A stretch of 64,000 bases of DNA from assembly GCA_963724945.1 (NCBI GenBank), contig CAVRWL010000004.1, positions 2,093 to 66,092 of the forward strand. The letters are read 5' to 3'. The translations under genes and the position numbers were made by a program. This document shows positions 1 through 9,177 of the stretch, piece after piece (the first letter of the stretch is position 1; every line of letters starts with the position of its first letter). This stretch comes from an uncultured Alphaproteobacteria bacterium. Lineage in GTDB: Bacteria; Pseudomonadota; Alphaproteobacteria; Rhizobiales; Hyphomicrobiaceae. The notes beneath the pieces were generated by a model. The model saw only the letters and a list, made by a program, of their open reading frames with translations, did not search any database and had not been told where the DNA came from.

Positions 1-381
1 GCTCTCTTGGGGATACCCAACCCGCTCCTTTGGGGCGCTCTTGTTGCGGTGCTCAATTTTGTTCCCTACGTCGGAGCGCTCACCAGCATGGCTGTCCTTG
101 CGTTGGTGGGCATTCAGACCTTCGACAGCCTGCCGCAGGCGTTGGCTGCGCCAGCCATTCTGCTCGTACTGGTAGGTATCTCCGCCGAGGTCATCACGCC
201 TTTCGTCTTGGGGCGCGGGCTGCAACTCAATCCGGTTGCCATCTTTATCGCCATCCTGCTGTGGGGCTGGCTGTGGGGCATCGTCGGAGTGCTTCTTGCG
301 GTGCCGCTCTTGGCGAGTTTCAAGATCATCTGCGAGCGCGTCGAACCGCTGCACCCGATCGCTGAATTCTTGACGACATAA
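1..381 (+). CDS. AI-2E family (PerM-like) transporter, C-terminal part; 5' end lies outside the window
   Basis: Frame is open from base 1; hydrophobic ORF with NFVPYVGA and LNPVAIFIAILLWGWLWGIVGVLLAVPL motifs typical of AI-2E proteins. Confidence 0.85.
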   Translation, partial: ALLGIPNPLLWGALVAVLNFVPYVGALTSMAVLALVGIQTFDSLPQALAAPAILLVLVGISAEVITPFVLGRGLQLNPVAIFIAILLWGWLWGIVGVLLAVPLLASFKIICERVEPLHPIAEFLTT

Positions 382-395
382 ATCGATAGAGGAAC

Positions 396-1154
396 GTGAA
401 CATGGCAACGCAGCTAGCGATGCAGAACGATGACATCAGGGACACCTTCGCCCTACCGGTCGCTCAGGCGCCCGCTGAGATCAAGATCATCAGCCATTCC
501 AACATTTTCTACTGGTGGCCGGCTTGGGTTGCAGGGTTTGCCGTGGCGCTGCTCACCTACGTGCAGGGTCGCGACGTTGCCGTGGTGCCCGAATTCATCG
601 ACCGCGTTCATCCAAGCAACAATCCCGGGATCTTCTTCATAGCCGTTCTCGTTCTTCTCGTCGTCTTCACCACCACCAAGCTTCGCGGCATCTACTCTGT
701 CCTCACCGTCGTCAGCGTCGCCTTCTTCGGAGTTCTGTTCGCGTGGTTCGGGTGGTGGGATAATATCCTGCGCTTCATCCCCCATCTCTCAGCGCGCGCG
801 AACATGGGCTTTTATCTCCTGTTCTCGGCGGCCCTGCTGGCTATCTGGCTGCTTTCGTTTTTCGTGTTCGATCGATTGGTAATCTGGCGCGTGCGCCCGG
901 GCCAAATGATCGAGGAGCGCCGGATTGGCGGTCAAGCGCGCAGCTATGACACCAATGGACTGGTGTTCGAAAGACGCAGTCAGGACCTCTTCCATGACAT
1001 CGTTCTAGGAATGGGTGCAGGGGACATGATTGTCACGACCGGGGGCGCGAACAAGCAGACGATACAAATCCCCAATGTCCTGCTGGTGGGCCGAAGGATG
1101 ACGGCAATCGAACGTATGATCATCGTGAAGCCAGATCAGGTTGGCACCAACTAG
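396..1154 (+). CDS. hypothetical multi-pass membrane protein with a PH-like soluble C-terminus
   Basis: 252-aa ORF, RBS GAGGAA upstream, about 5 hydrophobic segments, motif SHSNIFYWWPAW; C-terminal LGMGAGDMIVTTGG...IPNV resembles bacterial PH domains. Confidence 0.75.
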   Translation: MNMATQLAMQNDDIRDTFALPVAQAPAEIKIISHSNIFYWWPAWVAGFAVALLTYVQGRDVAVVPEFIDRVHPSNNPGIFFIAVLVLLVVFTTTKLRGIYSVLTVVSVAFFGVLFAWFGWWDNILRFIPHLSARANMGFYLLFSAALLAIWLLSFFVFDRLVIWRVRPGQMIEERRIGGQARSYDTNGLVFERRSQDLFHDIVLGMGAGDMIVTTGGANKQTIQIPNVLLVGRRMTAIERMIIVKPDQVGTN

Positions 1155-1418
1155 GCTCTAGATCCGGGTCCGCCCGGACGATCGCTCTGCGCGAGCTCTA
1201 TCTCGGCAAGCACGTTGAGTAGTTTCCGAGTCTACCGCTATCGGTGACAAAGTTTATTATCAGATGGCAGCCGAAAGCCTCCCCGGACAATTCGGCCATC
1301 GTGCAGCCCCCATGCTGACGGCGGCCGGCTCATCGTGAACGCCCGCCGAGCGGAACGGGGCGAACGGCCAACAAAATCCGAGCGGCGACTAAGCCCTTTG
1401 GACTCGCAAAAAGGAAAT

Positions 1419-1802
1419 ATGACCATGAGCAAACTCACCAAGAAGCTACTGATCACGAGCGCCGCAGCTCTCTTCGCCTGCGCGGGGGCTTATGGTGCAG
1501 CCGCAGCCGAAAAGCATGAGCCGGCGGCCGCCGGCGGACAGAAGCACTCCCGCGTACAGCAGCACAGTAAAGTGCAGCAGCATAGTAACGTGCAGCAGCA
1601 CGGCAAGGGCGGGGTCCGCCACGCACAGCGTGGTAATGGGCGCGGCAACGGCAACGAGAGCCAGTTTGTCGGCCAAGTCATCCGCGGCATTCAGATTTTC
1701 GCCAACGATAGCGAAGGCAGTTGCGGTTATTCATATCAGAAGTGGCACGCGACCGGTAGCCGATACTGGCGTTCGCGCTACTACGATTGCCTCAACGGCT
1801 GA
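1419..1802 (+). CDS. small secreted protein with a Gln/His/Gly-rich linker and a C-terminal two-Cys motif
   Basis: RBS AAGGAAA then ATG at 1419; signal-peptide-like N-terminus (KKLLITSAAALFACAGAYGAAAA); followed by a terminator. Confidence 0.75.
   Translation: MTMSKLTKKLLITSAAALFACAGAYGAAAAEKHEPAAAGGQKHSRVQQHSKVQQHSNVQQHGKGGVRHAQRGNGRGNGNESQFVGQVIRGIQIFANDSEGSCGYSYQKWHATGSRYWRSRYYDCLNG
1554..1607 (+). repeat. three imperfect 18-bp tandem repeats encoding VQQHSK-VQQHSN-VQQHGK
   Basis: Units gtacagcagcacagtaaa / gtgcagcagcatagtaac / gtgcagcagcacggcaag. Confidence 0.9.
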
Positions 1803-1867
1803 TAATCACAGGCTTCCGGAAGGGGTCCTCCCTCGGCCCGATTTCGTCCCCCGAGAGCCCGGATCGC

Positions 1868-1901
1868 AGAGCCCCCACCGGAAACGGTGGGGGCTCTTTT
1901 T
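1868..1901 (+). terminator. rho-independent terminator
   Basis: 13-bp perfect stem agagcccccaccg-GAAA-cggtgggggctct followed by a T run. Confidence 0.9.
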
Positions 1902-2165
1902 GTTCAGCCGACGTTGGCAAGTAGCGAGCGTCAATACGCCGGCAGCCGATGGCTGAGTGCTGCTTGGGTCATGTCGAAACTCCAAGGGTGGTTCGCGACG
2001 ACCGTTCCTCACACGAAAGCCGACGTAGACGGCGCCAGCATCACCATCGCAAATACTGATACCTCGATGTCTGCAATTGGGACGAAGCGCTCATCCACGC
2101 GGAGAAGCGATGACGGGGAATGGAGACCGGATCGAGGTCGGCTTCTGTATAACTGCAGCCACCAC

Positions 2166-4103
2166 TTAGGTTACAGATCGGGTTTTTGATTCGCTCTCTT
2201 TAGGAGGTAAGTTAAGGCCCTCATATTCAATTTTCTGGACGGCTTTATTGAGGCTCTTCAGGTAATAGCCTGACCCATATTCTCGGGATACACCGCCCTC
2301 CGCATGGCCCTGTATGGCGTCGCGCACCTCCTTGCGAACGTCGGCGTTGCGCAGCGCATCTTCCACATTGTGACGAAGGCTATGAAACGTGACGCCCCTA
2401 CGCTTAACGGCGATCGAGGCTTGGAACCGCCTGAAGTACTTTGAGAACTGCTTCGACCAGGAGCCATCATCCTTTGCTCTATCAAAGTCGGGAAAAATCC
2501 GCTTTGCCCCTGAGGCTCGCCTGCGCTTAAGAAAATCTCCGAAGCCGAGATCGTACAGCGTCTGATGGATGGGAATAGCGCGCCGGCTTGCTGCCGTCTT
2601 GAGCGATTTCTTGTCTTCCGGGTCGTCCCCCTCGCTGCCATCGTTACCCAGCGCCGTGGGCGTGACGTCGAAGTAATCGATGTCATCGAGACGCTTCACG
2701 TCGGCAGTCTGCAATTGGATGATTTCGCCGAGCCGCAAGCCGGAAAACAGTGCTATTAGCGGCACCCAATACTTTGCTGATTCCTTGAGCACCGCCTGGC
2801 CGGGCAGTTGCCAATGGCGCTCCGATCGGCAGCCCGTAAAGATTGGTGCCGAGAGCATCGAATTGAGCTCATCGGTCGTCCACGGATGTCGCTTCTTTCC
2901 CTTGCGCTTGTTCTTGATGCGTTGAACGCGAAGACCTGCAACGGGATTAACGACGGAATTGTCGCGCGACTTGCCCCAATCGAAAAAGAGCGAGACCGTG
3001 CCGACCTTGTCGTTGATGGTAATCGGGTTGAGGAGTTCAACCTTTTCACCGTCGGTTCGCAGCTTCGTCGCTTTCGCCGCGGCCTCCACGAGCGACAGTC
3101 CTTTGAAAGCCGCCTTCTGACGGCGGACAGGGAGCGCGAGCTGTATGTCCTTGAATTTGACGCCATCGGCTTGCTGATACGTGTTGATCGGCTTGTCGCC
3201 TGCAATCTCGATGAACTCCCGCAGCTCTCCACGCTTGCGCAGCACCGTCTTGCTGGGCCAGTCGCGCTCGCGGCTTACGTCCTCAAGGTACTTTTCAACG
3301 ATCACGGACATAAGTTCCGCTGGCTCGGTAATCGAAACTGGCTCGACCGGCCTCTCTGCCGGCCCGTGCACCTCGAAGATCCGATCGAACGTGGCCTCGT
3401 TGCCGGTGGTGAGATCGTCGAGTGCCTTGATCTCGGCCTCCATGAGCTTGCGCAAGAGGCGGCGTCGATCACTGTCGGTTAGCGACACGTTCTTTACGTG
3501 CAAGAGAGCGTTTGTGGTCGCCTCTTGCCCGCGAGTATCGCCCAGCTGGTATTGCAGCTTGAGCTGCTCGAGCTTCGCCTTGCGCGCTCGGAATACCGCG
3601 TAGAGAAACACCTCTTCCAGCACCGGCTCTTCCATGAGGTACGCAAAGTAGCTGTGTTGCGTGCCCTTGAACTTCACCCAGTCATCGGCGGGGAGCTTGA
3701 TGATCTTGCCCTGCCAAAAGGCTTCCTCATCGGCGTGGACCTTCTTCCAAAGGTCACCGCGCCACTGGAAATCCTGATCGTAGACGTTGAGGTAGTGGGC
3801 ATCCACGAGGCGGCGCAGCAGCGCCGGGGTCAATGGAACTACCCCGGAAGCTCCATTGGGCAGTGACACGCCAAGCGGATAAGCCTGCGTACTCACATCG
3901 TCCTTGCGCCAAGTTTCCAGGAGCGCTTCGACCTTGGCATGCATGGCCCCGTAGGCGGCCTCGGCATTCTTCCGGTTCGAGGTCCTAAGCGACCGCCAGA
4001 TCTGGGAGGGCCGACCCGAGGTTCGAAGCTCGGGCGGAACGTCGCGCTTGTAGTAAAGGTTCCTGGTACCCCGGCGGCCAGTCAGATAGGGAAATTTAGC
4101 CAT
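2166..4103 (-). CDS. tyrosine recombinase/integrase with an N-terminal DUF6538-like domain
   Basis: N-terminus YLTGRRGTRNLYYKRDVPPELR; catalytic set GLRLGEI (R), FHSLRH (HxxR), QGH...EYG (H,Y); uninterrupted; codon usage less GC3-biased than neighbours; next to a tRNA 3' end. Confidence 0.92.
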   Translation of the reverse strand: MAKFPYLTGRRGTRNLYYKRDVPPELRTSGRPSQIWRSLRTSNRKNAEAAYGAMHAKVEALLETWRKDDVSTQAYPLGVSLPNGASGVVPLTPALLRRLVDAHYLNVYDQDFQWRGDLWKKVHADEEAFWQGKIIKLPADDWVKFKGTQHSYFAYLMEEPVLEEVFLYAVFRARKAKLEQLKLQYQLGDTRGQEATTNALLHVKNVSLTDSDRRRLLRKLMEAEIKALDDLTTGNEATFDRIFEVHGPAERPVEPVSITEPAELMSVIVEKYLEDVSRERDWPSKTVLRKRGELREFIEIAGDKPINTYQQADGVKFKDIQLALPVRRQKAAFKGLSLVEAAAKATKLRTDGEKVELLNPITINDKVGTVSLFFDWGKSRDNSVVNPVAGLRVQRIKNKRKGKKRHPWTTDELNSMLSAPIFTGCRSERHWQLPGQAVLKESAKYWVPLIALFSGLRLGEIIQLQTADVKRLDDIDYFDVTPTALGNDGSEGDDPEDKKSLKTAASRRAIPIHQTLYDLGFGDFLKRRRASGAKRIFPDFDRAKDDGSWSKQFSKYFRRFQASIAVKRRGVTFHSLRHNVEDALRNADVRKEVRDAIQGHAEGGVSREYGSGYYLKSLNKAVQKIEYEGLNLPPKESESKTRSVT

Positions 4104-4120
4104 CTCGCCCATGCCCGTTT

Positions 4121-4141
4121 CGTAGCAGAGAAACGTAGCAG
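4121..4141. repeat. 8-bp direct repeat CGTAGCAG x2, candidate integrase arm-type sites
   Basis: cgtagcag at 4121-4128 and 4134-4141, between the integrase start and the tRNA 3' end. Confidence 0.45.
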
Positions 4142-4203
4142 TCGAGTTAGCGAAGCCCTTGCAGAACAAGGACTTCTGGCACATCAATGGCTTATGGGTG
4201 AAG

Positions 4204-4279
4204 TGGCGCCCCGTAGGGGACTCGAACCCCTGTTCCCAACGTGAGAGGCTGGTGTCCTAGGCCACTAGACGAACGGGAC
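4204..4279 (-). tRNA. tRNA-Glu (anticodon CTC)
   Basis: Reverse complement GTCCCGTTCGTCTAGTGGCCTAGGACACCAGCCTCTCACGTTGGGAACAGGGGTTCGAGTCCCCTACGGGGCGCCA folds as a 76-nt cloverleaf with encoded CCA. Confidence 0.97.
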
Positions 4280-4367
4280 AGCGCAAGAGCGAACCTATAT
4301 GGGAGGCCGGCCCCCTCGATCAAGCCTTTCTTTGCGGCAGAGGCGTTTGCCGCCGCTTGCTTGACTG

Positions 4368-4772
4368 TTAACGGTCCGCCGGCTTCGGCTCGACCGCGAC
4401 GTTGGTGATCTTACGCCCCGTCTGCAGGTCGAAAACGGCGATGCTGGAGACCGCTCCCACCTCGTAGTGCACGGCCAGCCGATTGCCCGACATGGACATA
4501 GAGCGGACCTGGGCTCCCGCCGGCAGCTCGAGGGTCTGCTCAGGCCGAATGGCGAGCATCGGCGGTGCAGGCTGCGTCCTCTGGGACGCCGGCCCCGACG
4601 CGAGATAGATGACGCGGCCAACGACGAGCGCTAATCCTGCAAACAGAACGATCGCCAGGCCGACCACCACGATCTTGAGGATGCGCTGCAGCCGCATCTC
4701 GGGGGTAGCGCCCGTGCCCGCACCGGGTGATCGGCGTGGGGGAGCGGTGACGACACCATCCGAGGCTTGCAT
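4368..4772 (-). CDS. hypothetical single-pass membrane protein
   Basis: One TM helix (ILKIVVVGLAIVLFAGLALVVG) then a beta-rich domain; divergent from the RluA-family gene. Confidence 0.7.
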   Translation of the reverse strand: MQASDGVVTAPPRRSPGAGTGATPEMRLQRILKIVVVGLAIVLFAGLALVVGRVIYLASGPASQRTQPAPPMLAIRPEQTLELPAGAQVRSMSMSGNRLAVHYEVGAVSSIAVFDLQTGRKITNVAVEPKPADR

Positions 4773-4806
4773 AAAAGTCCCTCTCTTTAGAGATGTCGCA
4801 GAGACC

Positions 4807-5829
4807 ATGGCGCCAAGAGGCAAACATCAGACGACGGACCCGATCCGAATCCAAGCAATGCCCACAGACTCCGGAGCACGCCTCGACAAAGTCCTCTCCG
4901 CGCGCATCGTTGCGTTGAGCCGCGCGCAGGTGCAGGCGCTTATTCGCTCGGGCAACGTTACGGATTTTACCGGCGCGACCATAAGAGACACGAGCCGCCG
5001 GGTCAAACCAGGCGAGGTTTTTGCAATTGTTGTGCCCGAGCCGCAGCCGGCCGCGCCGGCGCCCGAGCAAATCGCGCTCGACGTCCGCTACGAGGACGAC
5101 CACCTCATCGTCGTCGACAAGCCGGCGCACCTCGTCGTGCATCCCGCCGCGGGGCATGCCACAGGCACCCTCGTCAATGCGCTCATCGCGCACTGCGGCG
5201 CGAGCCTGTCCGGGATCGGCGGCGTCAAGCGCCCCGGCATCGTGCATCGTCTCGACAAGGGCACGTCGGGGCTTCTGGTCGTGGCCAAGACCGACTTGGC
5301 GCACAAGGGGCTGAGCGCACAGTTTGCCGCACACGGAGCCGACGGGCGCTTGCAACGCACCTACCTCGCGCTCGTGTGGGGCAAGCCTCTGCGCCCGCGC
5401 GGCACGATCGACGCGCCGCTCTCCCGCAGCCCAGTCAATCGCAAGAAGATCGCCGTGGCGAAAGGCGACAGTGGGCGCCGCGCCGTGACCCATTACGAGG
5501 TCGTGCAGACGTACGCGCCCAAGACGAGCGCCGCGGTGAGCCTCGTGAGGCTGCGGCTCGAGACCGGACGCACGCATCAGATCCGCGTGCACCTAGCTCA
5601 TCTGGGGCATCCGGTGGTGGGTGATCCTGTCTACGCCAGCGGGTTCAAGGCTAAGGCGCTGACACTGCCTGCAGCGGCGCAAGTCGCCTTGCGCGACCTC
5701 GATCGCCAGGCCTTGCACGCGGCGGAGCTCGGCTTCGAGCATCCCGTTACGGGCAAGGCACTCCACTTCACGAGCCCGTTACCCGCCGACATCGCCGGTC
5801 TCGTCGCCGCGCTGAAGCCGCCGCATTAG
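4807..5829 (+). CDS. rluD: RluA-family 23S rRNA pseudouridine synthase (RluD-like, S4 domain)
   Basis: RLDKVL S4 start, GIVHRLDKGTSG catalytic motif, LETGRTHQIRVH, RQALHA; exact start uncertain. Confidence 0.9.
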   Translation: MAPRGKHQTTDPIRIQAMPTDSGARLDKVLSARIVALSRAQVQALIRSGNVTDFTGATIRDTSRRVKPGEVFAIVVPEPQPAAPAPEQIALDVRYEDDHLIVVDKPAHLVVHPAAGHATGTLVNALIAHCGASLSGIGGVKRPGIVHRLDKGTSGLLVVAKTDLAHKGLSAQFAAHGADGRLQRTYLALVWGKPLRPRGTIDAPLSRSPVNRKKIAVAKGDSGRRAVTHYEVVQTYAPKTSAAVSLVRLRLETGRTHQIRVHLAHLGHPVVGDPVYASGFKAKALTLPAAAQVALRDLDRQALHAAELGFEHPVTGKALHFTSPLPADIAGLVAALKPPH

Positions 5830-6262
5830 CGAAAAAGCCTCGCATTCCGCGAAAGCAAGCGTTAGCGCCGTTGCGGATTTGCGCGCGCCTCCTGTCGTCG
5901 CGTTAAGCAGTGCCGCGTTAGGGCGTCAGAGCTTCGGTCGGGGCACGAACGATGCTTGGCGGTACTCGAGGGCTTTCCTTTGCTGCGATTCCGGCGCCTG
6001 CCGCGCCGGCCCTGGGCGTCGGCAGAGCAGCCTTGACGGGTGCTCATAGGTCCCATGCAACAAGCAGGGCCCCTTTGACGTATAGTCTTAGAGACAAGCG
6101 GCCATGCGTGAGGCAGTAAGCAACGGAAACAGCCCGCCCCGCCCGTTAAGGGGTAGCGGGGCGCCTCGTGCCCGGCTTGCCCGGCCGCGGCGCGACCGCG
6201 ACGGGCCCAAGGATCAGAGGGACCGTTCCCCACCCAGACAGGGAACGGCAGTTGGTAGGGAT

Positions 6263-7141
6263 ATGGCGACGAAACTTCCCACACTTGCGCAAGGCTCGAT
6301 GGGCTTGGCGCGCTACCTGCAGGAAATCCGCAAGTTTCCCATGCTGGAGCCTGGCGAGGAATTCATGCTGGCCAAGAGCTGGCAGCAGCACGCCGATCAG
6401 GACGCAGCCGAGAAGCTCGTGACGTCGCACCTGCGTCTCGTCGCGCGCATCGCCATGGGCTATCGCGGCTACGGACTGCCGATCGGCGAGGTCATATCCG
6501 AGGGCAACGTCGGCCTGATGCAAGCGGTGAAGCGCTTCGATCCCGATAAGGGCTTCCGGCTCGCGACCTACGCGATGTGGTGGATCCGCGCCTCGATCCA
6601 GGAGTACATCCTGCGCTCGTGGAGCCTCGTGAAGATGGGCACCACGGCGGCGCAGAAGAAGCTGTTCTTCAATCTGCGGCGCGCCAAGAGCCAGTTGCAG
6701 GCGCTCGACGAGGGCGACCTGCACCCCGATCACGTCAAGACCATCGCCCATAGGTTCGGCGTGAGCGAGGCCGACGTCGTTTCGATGAACCGCCGGCTCG
6801 GCGGGGATGCCTCGCTCAATGCGCCCGTGCGCGCCGACGCCGAGGCCGGCGAGTGGCAGGACTGGCTCGTCGACGACGCGCCGAGCCAAGAGGATCAGCT
6901 GGGCGAGACGCAGGAGCTCGACCAGCGCAAGTCCTATCTGTCGCGCGCGCTATCCTCGCTCAACGACCGCGAGCGGCGCATCTTCGAGGCGCGCCGGCTG
7001 ACCGACAGCCCGGCAACGCTTGAGGACCTCTCCGCCGAGTTCGGCGTCTCGCGCGAGCGGATCCGCCAGATCGAGGTGCGTGCCTTCGAGAAGGTGCAGA
7101 AGGCCGTGCAGGGCGCCGCGAAGGCCGCGGAGGCGTCCTGA
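6263..7141 (+). CDS. rpoH: RNA polymerase sigma-32 factor
   Basis: RYLQEIRKFPML, LVTSHLRLV, RpoH box QKKLFFNLR, region 4 GVSRERIRQIE. Confidence 0.95.
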   Translation: MATKLPTLAQGSMGLARYLQEIRKFPMLEPGEEFMLAKSWQQHADQDAAEKLVTSHLRLVARIAMGYRGYGLPIGEVISEGNVGLMQAVKRFDPDKGFRLATYAMWWIRASIQEYILRSWSLVKMGTTAAQKKLFFNLRRAKSQLQALDEGDLHPDHVKTIAHRFGVSEADVVSMNRRLGGDASLNAPVRADAEAGEWQDWLVDDAPSQEDQLGETQELDQRKSYLSRALSSLNDRERRIFEARRLTDSPATLEDLSAEFGVSRERIRQIEVRAFEKVQKAVQGAAKAAEAS

Positions 7142-7180
7142 GCGCTCGTTCGTCCGGTTCGGGAGAGGTCTTTCCGCGAG

Positions 7181-8449
7181 CTACTGCGGCGCGCTCACCT
7201 TAAGGCCGCTGATCGACCACGTGTCGCCCTTGCGGCTCGAGGCGGAGGCGGCGAGCATGCCGATGTGGCTCGAGGCCTTGGGCGGCTCGCCCTTGAATTT
7301 CGCAACCTCTTTGCCGTTGACCGAGACCTCGACCTCGTCTCCCCTGGTCGCAACCCGCAGCGCATTCTTCTCCTTCGCGCCCTTCTTGACGACGTCGAGT
7401 TGCGTCCACTCCACCGGCCGCTTCGGCTCGATCTTGCCGTCGACGACGCGCGCCACCGTGAAGTAGCCGTTGGGCGCGATCACGGCCTGGTAGTAGTTGC
7501 GGTTGTCCTGGACCCAGAACATCAAGCCCGCATAGCTGGTGGTGGGATCGGCCGTCGCCTTTGCCAGGCGAACGGTGGCGCAGGCGTCGAAATCGTCGAA
7601 CACGAACGCGCGGTTCCACCGGAACGTGCTCGTGCCCGGCACCGGATTGAACACGGCCTCGCCCGAGGAGATCGTGAGCCGCCCATTCTTCGGACCCCAG
7701 GCCCGATCCTGCCGCGCAAAGGCGTCCTCGAAGAGAACCTTGCCGCCCGCACATCCGGAGGCGGAGGGGACGGTGCCGGTCGAAATATCGGAGCCTGCGC
7801 TTGACGCGGTGCTCACGGGAGAAGCGTTGTTGGTGACCTTGAGGTCCGACATGCGCCAGGTGTCGGTCGCATCGGGCGCAGATGCCGCCACCAGGCCGAT
7901 ATGGCTCGGCCCGTCCGGCGCCTGACCGCGAAAGTGGGCAACCTCGGTATCGTTGAGTTTTATAATCACGGACTGGCCTTGAAGCGTGACCCGTATCACG
8001 TTCTTGGCATCGGGGCCGAGCTTCAAGGCGTCCGCCTTGGTCCAGCGGACGGGAGGCGTCGCGGTGATCTTGCCGTCGACTTTGCGCGCGACGGAGAAGA
8101 GGCCGTTCGGCGCGACAACGACCTCGTAGAAGTTGTCCTTGTCCGTCAGCCAGAACAAAAGGCCCGCATATGTGCGCGATGTGTCGGTCGTGGTGGCCGG
8201 CATCGTCACGGTCACGCAGGCATCGGGGTCAGTGACGGAGACGACGGTGTCCCAGCGCGCGTTCTGCGTTCCCGGCTCGGGCGTGAGCACGGCCTCGCCG
8301 CCTTTCACGTGAAACCGTTGATCCTCTTGCCCCCAGCCCTGATCGCCCAACTTGAGGTCGCCCTCGAGATAGACCGACTGACCCGTGCACGCGAGCGCCG
8401 GCGAAGCGGCCAGCATCGCCACAAGAGCAATCGAGGCGTAGAGACTCAT
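7181..8449 (-). CDS. secreted protein with two tandem beta-sandwich (DUF1080/lectin-like) domains
   Basis: Signal peptide (MSLYASIALVAMLAASPALA); two ~185-aa internal repeats sharing DAC.TV, YAGL.FW..D..N.Y, APNG.F.VAR.VDGKI and SHIG. Confidence 0.75.
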   Translation of the reverse strand: MSLYASIALVAMLAASPALACTGQSVYLEGDLKLGDQGWGQEDQRFHVKGGEAVLTPEPGTQNARWDTVVSVTDPDACVTVTMPATTTDTSRTYAGLLFWLTDKDNFYEVVVAPNGLFSVARKVDGKITATPPVRWTKADALKLGPDAKNVIRVTLQGQSVIIKLNDTEVAHFRGQAPDGPSHIGLVAASAPDATDTWRMSDLKVTNNASPVSTASSAGSDISTGTVPSASGCAGGKVLFEDAFARQDRAWGPKNGRLTISSGEAVFNPVPGTSTFRWNRAFVFDDFDACATVRLAKATADPTTSYAGLMFWVQDNRNYYQAVIAPNGYFTVARVVDGKIEPKRPVEWTQLDVVKKGAKEKNALRVATRGDEVEVSVNGKEVAKFKGEPPKASSHIGMLAASASSRKGDTWSISGLKVSAPQ

Positions 8450-8986
8450 TGCGGGCTCTCCCATAAGTTTTGTGCGCACACGTTGCAGCAAGCCGCAGGC
8501 TAGGAAAAGTACGGGTCCTCACCGAGGGCTCGCCGCAAATCGTGCGCCACAGCCGGAGATGCAACCATTGTTTTGCGCGCTCGGGCCCACCAAAACTGTG
8601 GACGAATCACTTAGTGTGCAGTTGCGAGGGAGGCCGGACCTCTCTCGGCTCCATTGCGGGGCCGCGTTCACAAAGTGCGCGTCAGAGAAGGGAGGGCTCG
8701 AAGCCCTTGTCATCTCTGAGCCAGGACTTCAAAACGACTGGCGCCATTGGCTGGTCGGACGCGCGGCGGGCAAGGACAGGGCCGCCCGAGGGAGCGTCCG
8801 ACGGTCTCACCTTCCGGCCTCCGCCGAAACCTGTCCGCGACCACCGCATCCACCTGCATCCCCCGTTCACCATTGCCAGCGACCCGAACCTACCCGGGTC
8901 GGCGCGCTGGCGCGTCGTGGTGGAACGCAATTTGGTAGGGGCCTGCAGGCTTCGGGCGCGGCACACACTGGAAGATGGAGTGGCAA

Positions 8987-9127
8987 ATGCTGAAGCGCCT
9001 TCATCGAAAGAAGGTCCTACACGCCGTGTCTTCGGGTTCGTGCATCGCTCGCTCGCTTCGGCTCGAATTGGAATGGTTGCACCTGCTGTGGCGCCACAAA
9101 CAAATGCATCCTCCGAGTATTGCCTGA
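8987..9127 (+). CDS. candidate 46-aa small protein (MLKRLHRKKVLHAVSSGSCIARSLRLELEWLHLLWRHKQMHPPSIA)
   Basis: GGAG 6 nt before the ATG; ends 50 nt before a terminator; below the ORF-track size cutoff. Confidence 0.4.
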   Translation: MLKRLHRKKVLHAVSSGSCIARSLRLELEWLHLLWRHKQMHPPSIA

Positions 9128-9177
9128 CGGGGCACTAGCTGGCACGGGGGTGCGACCCAAGCTGGCCACGAAAATCG

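Noticed and set aside
6031-6057. CTTGAC-N14-CCCATG as a sigma-32 promoter of rpoH
   Set aside because: Plausible, but 200 bp from the start and too degenerate to support without TSS data
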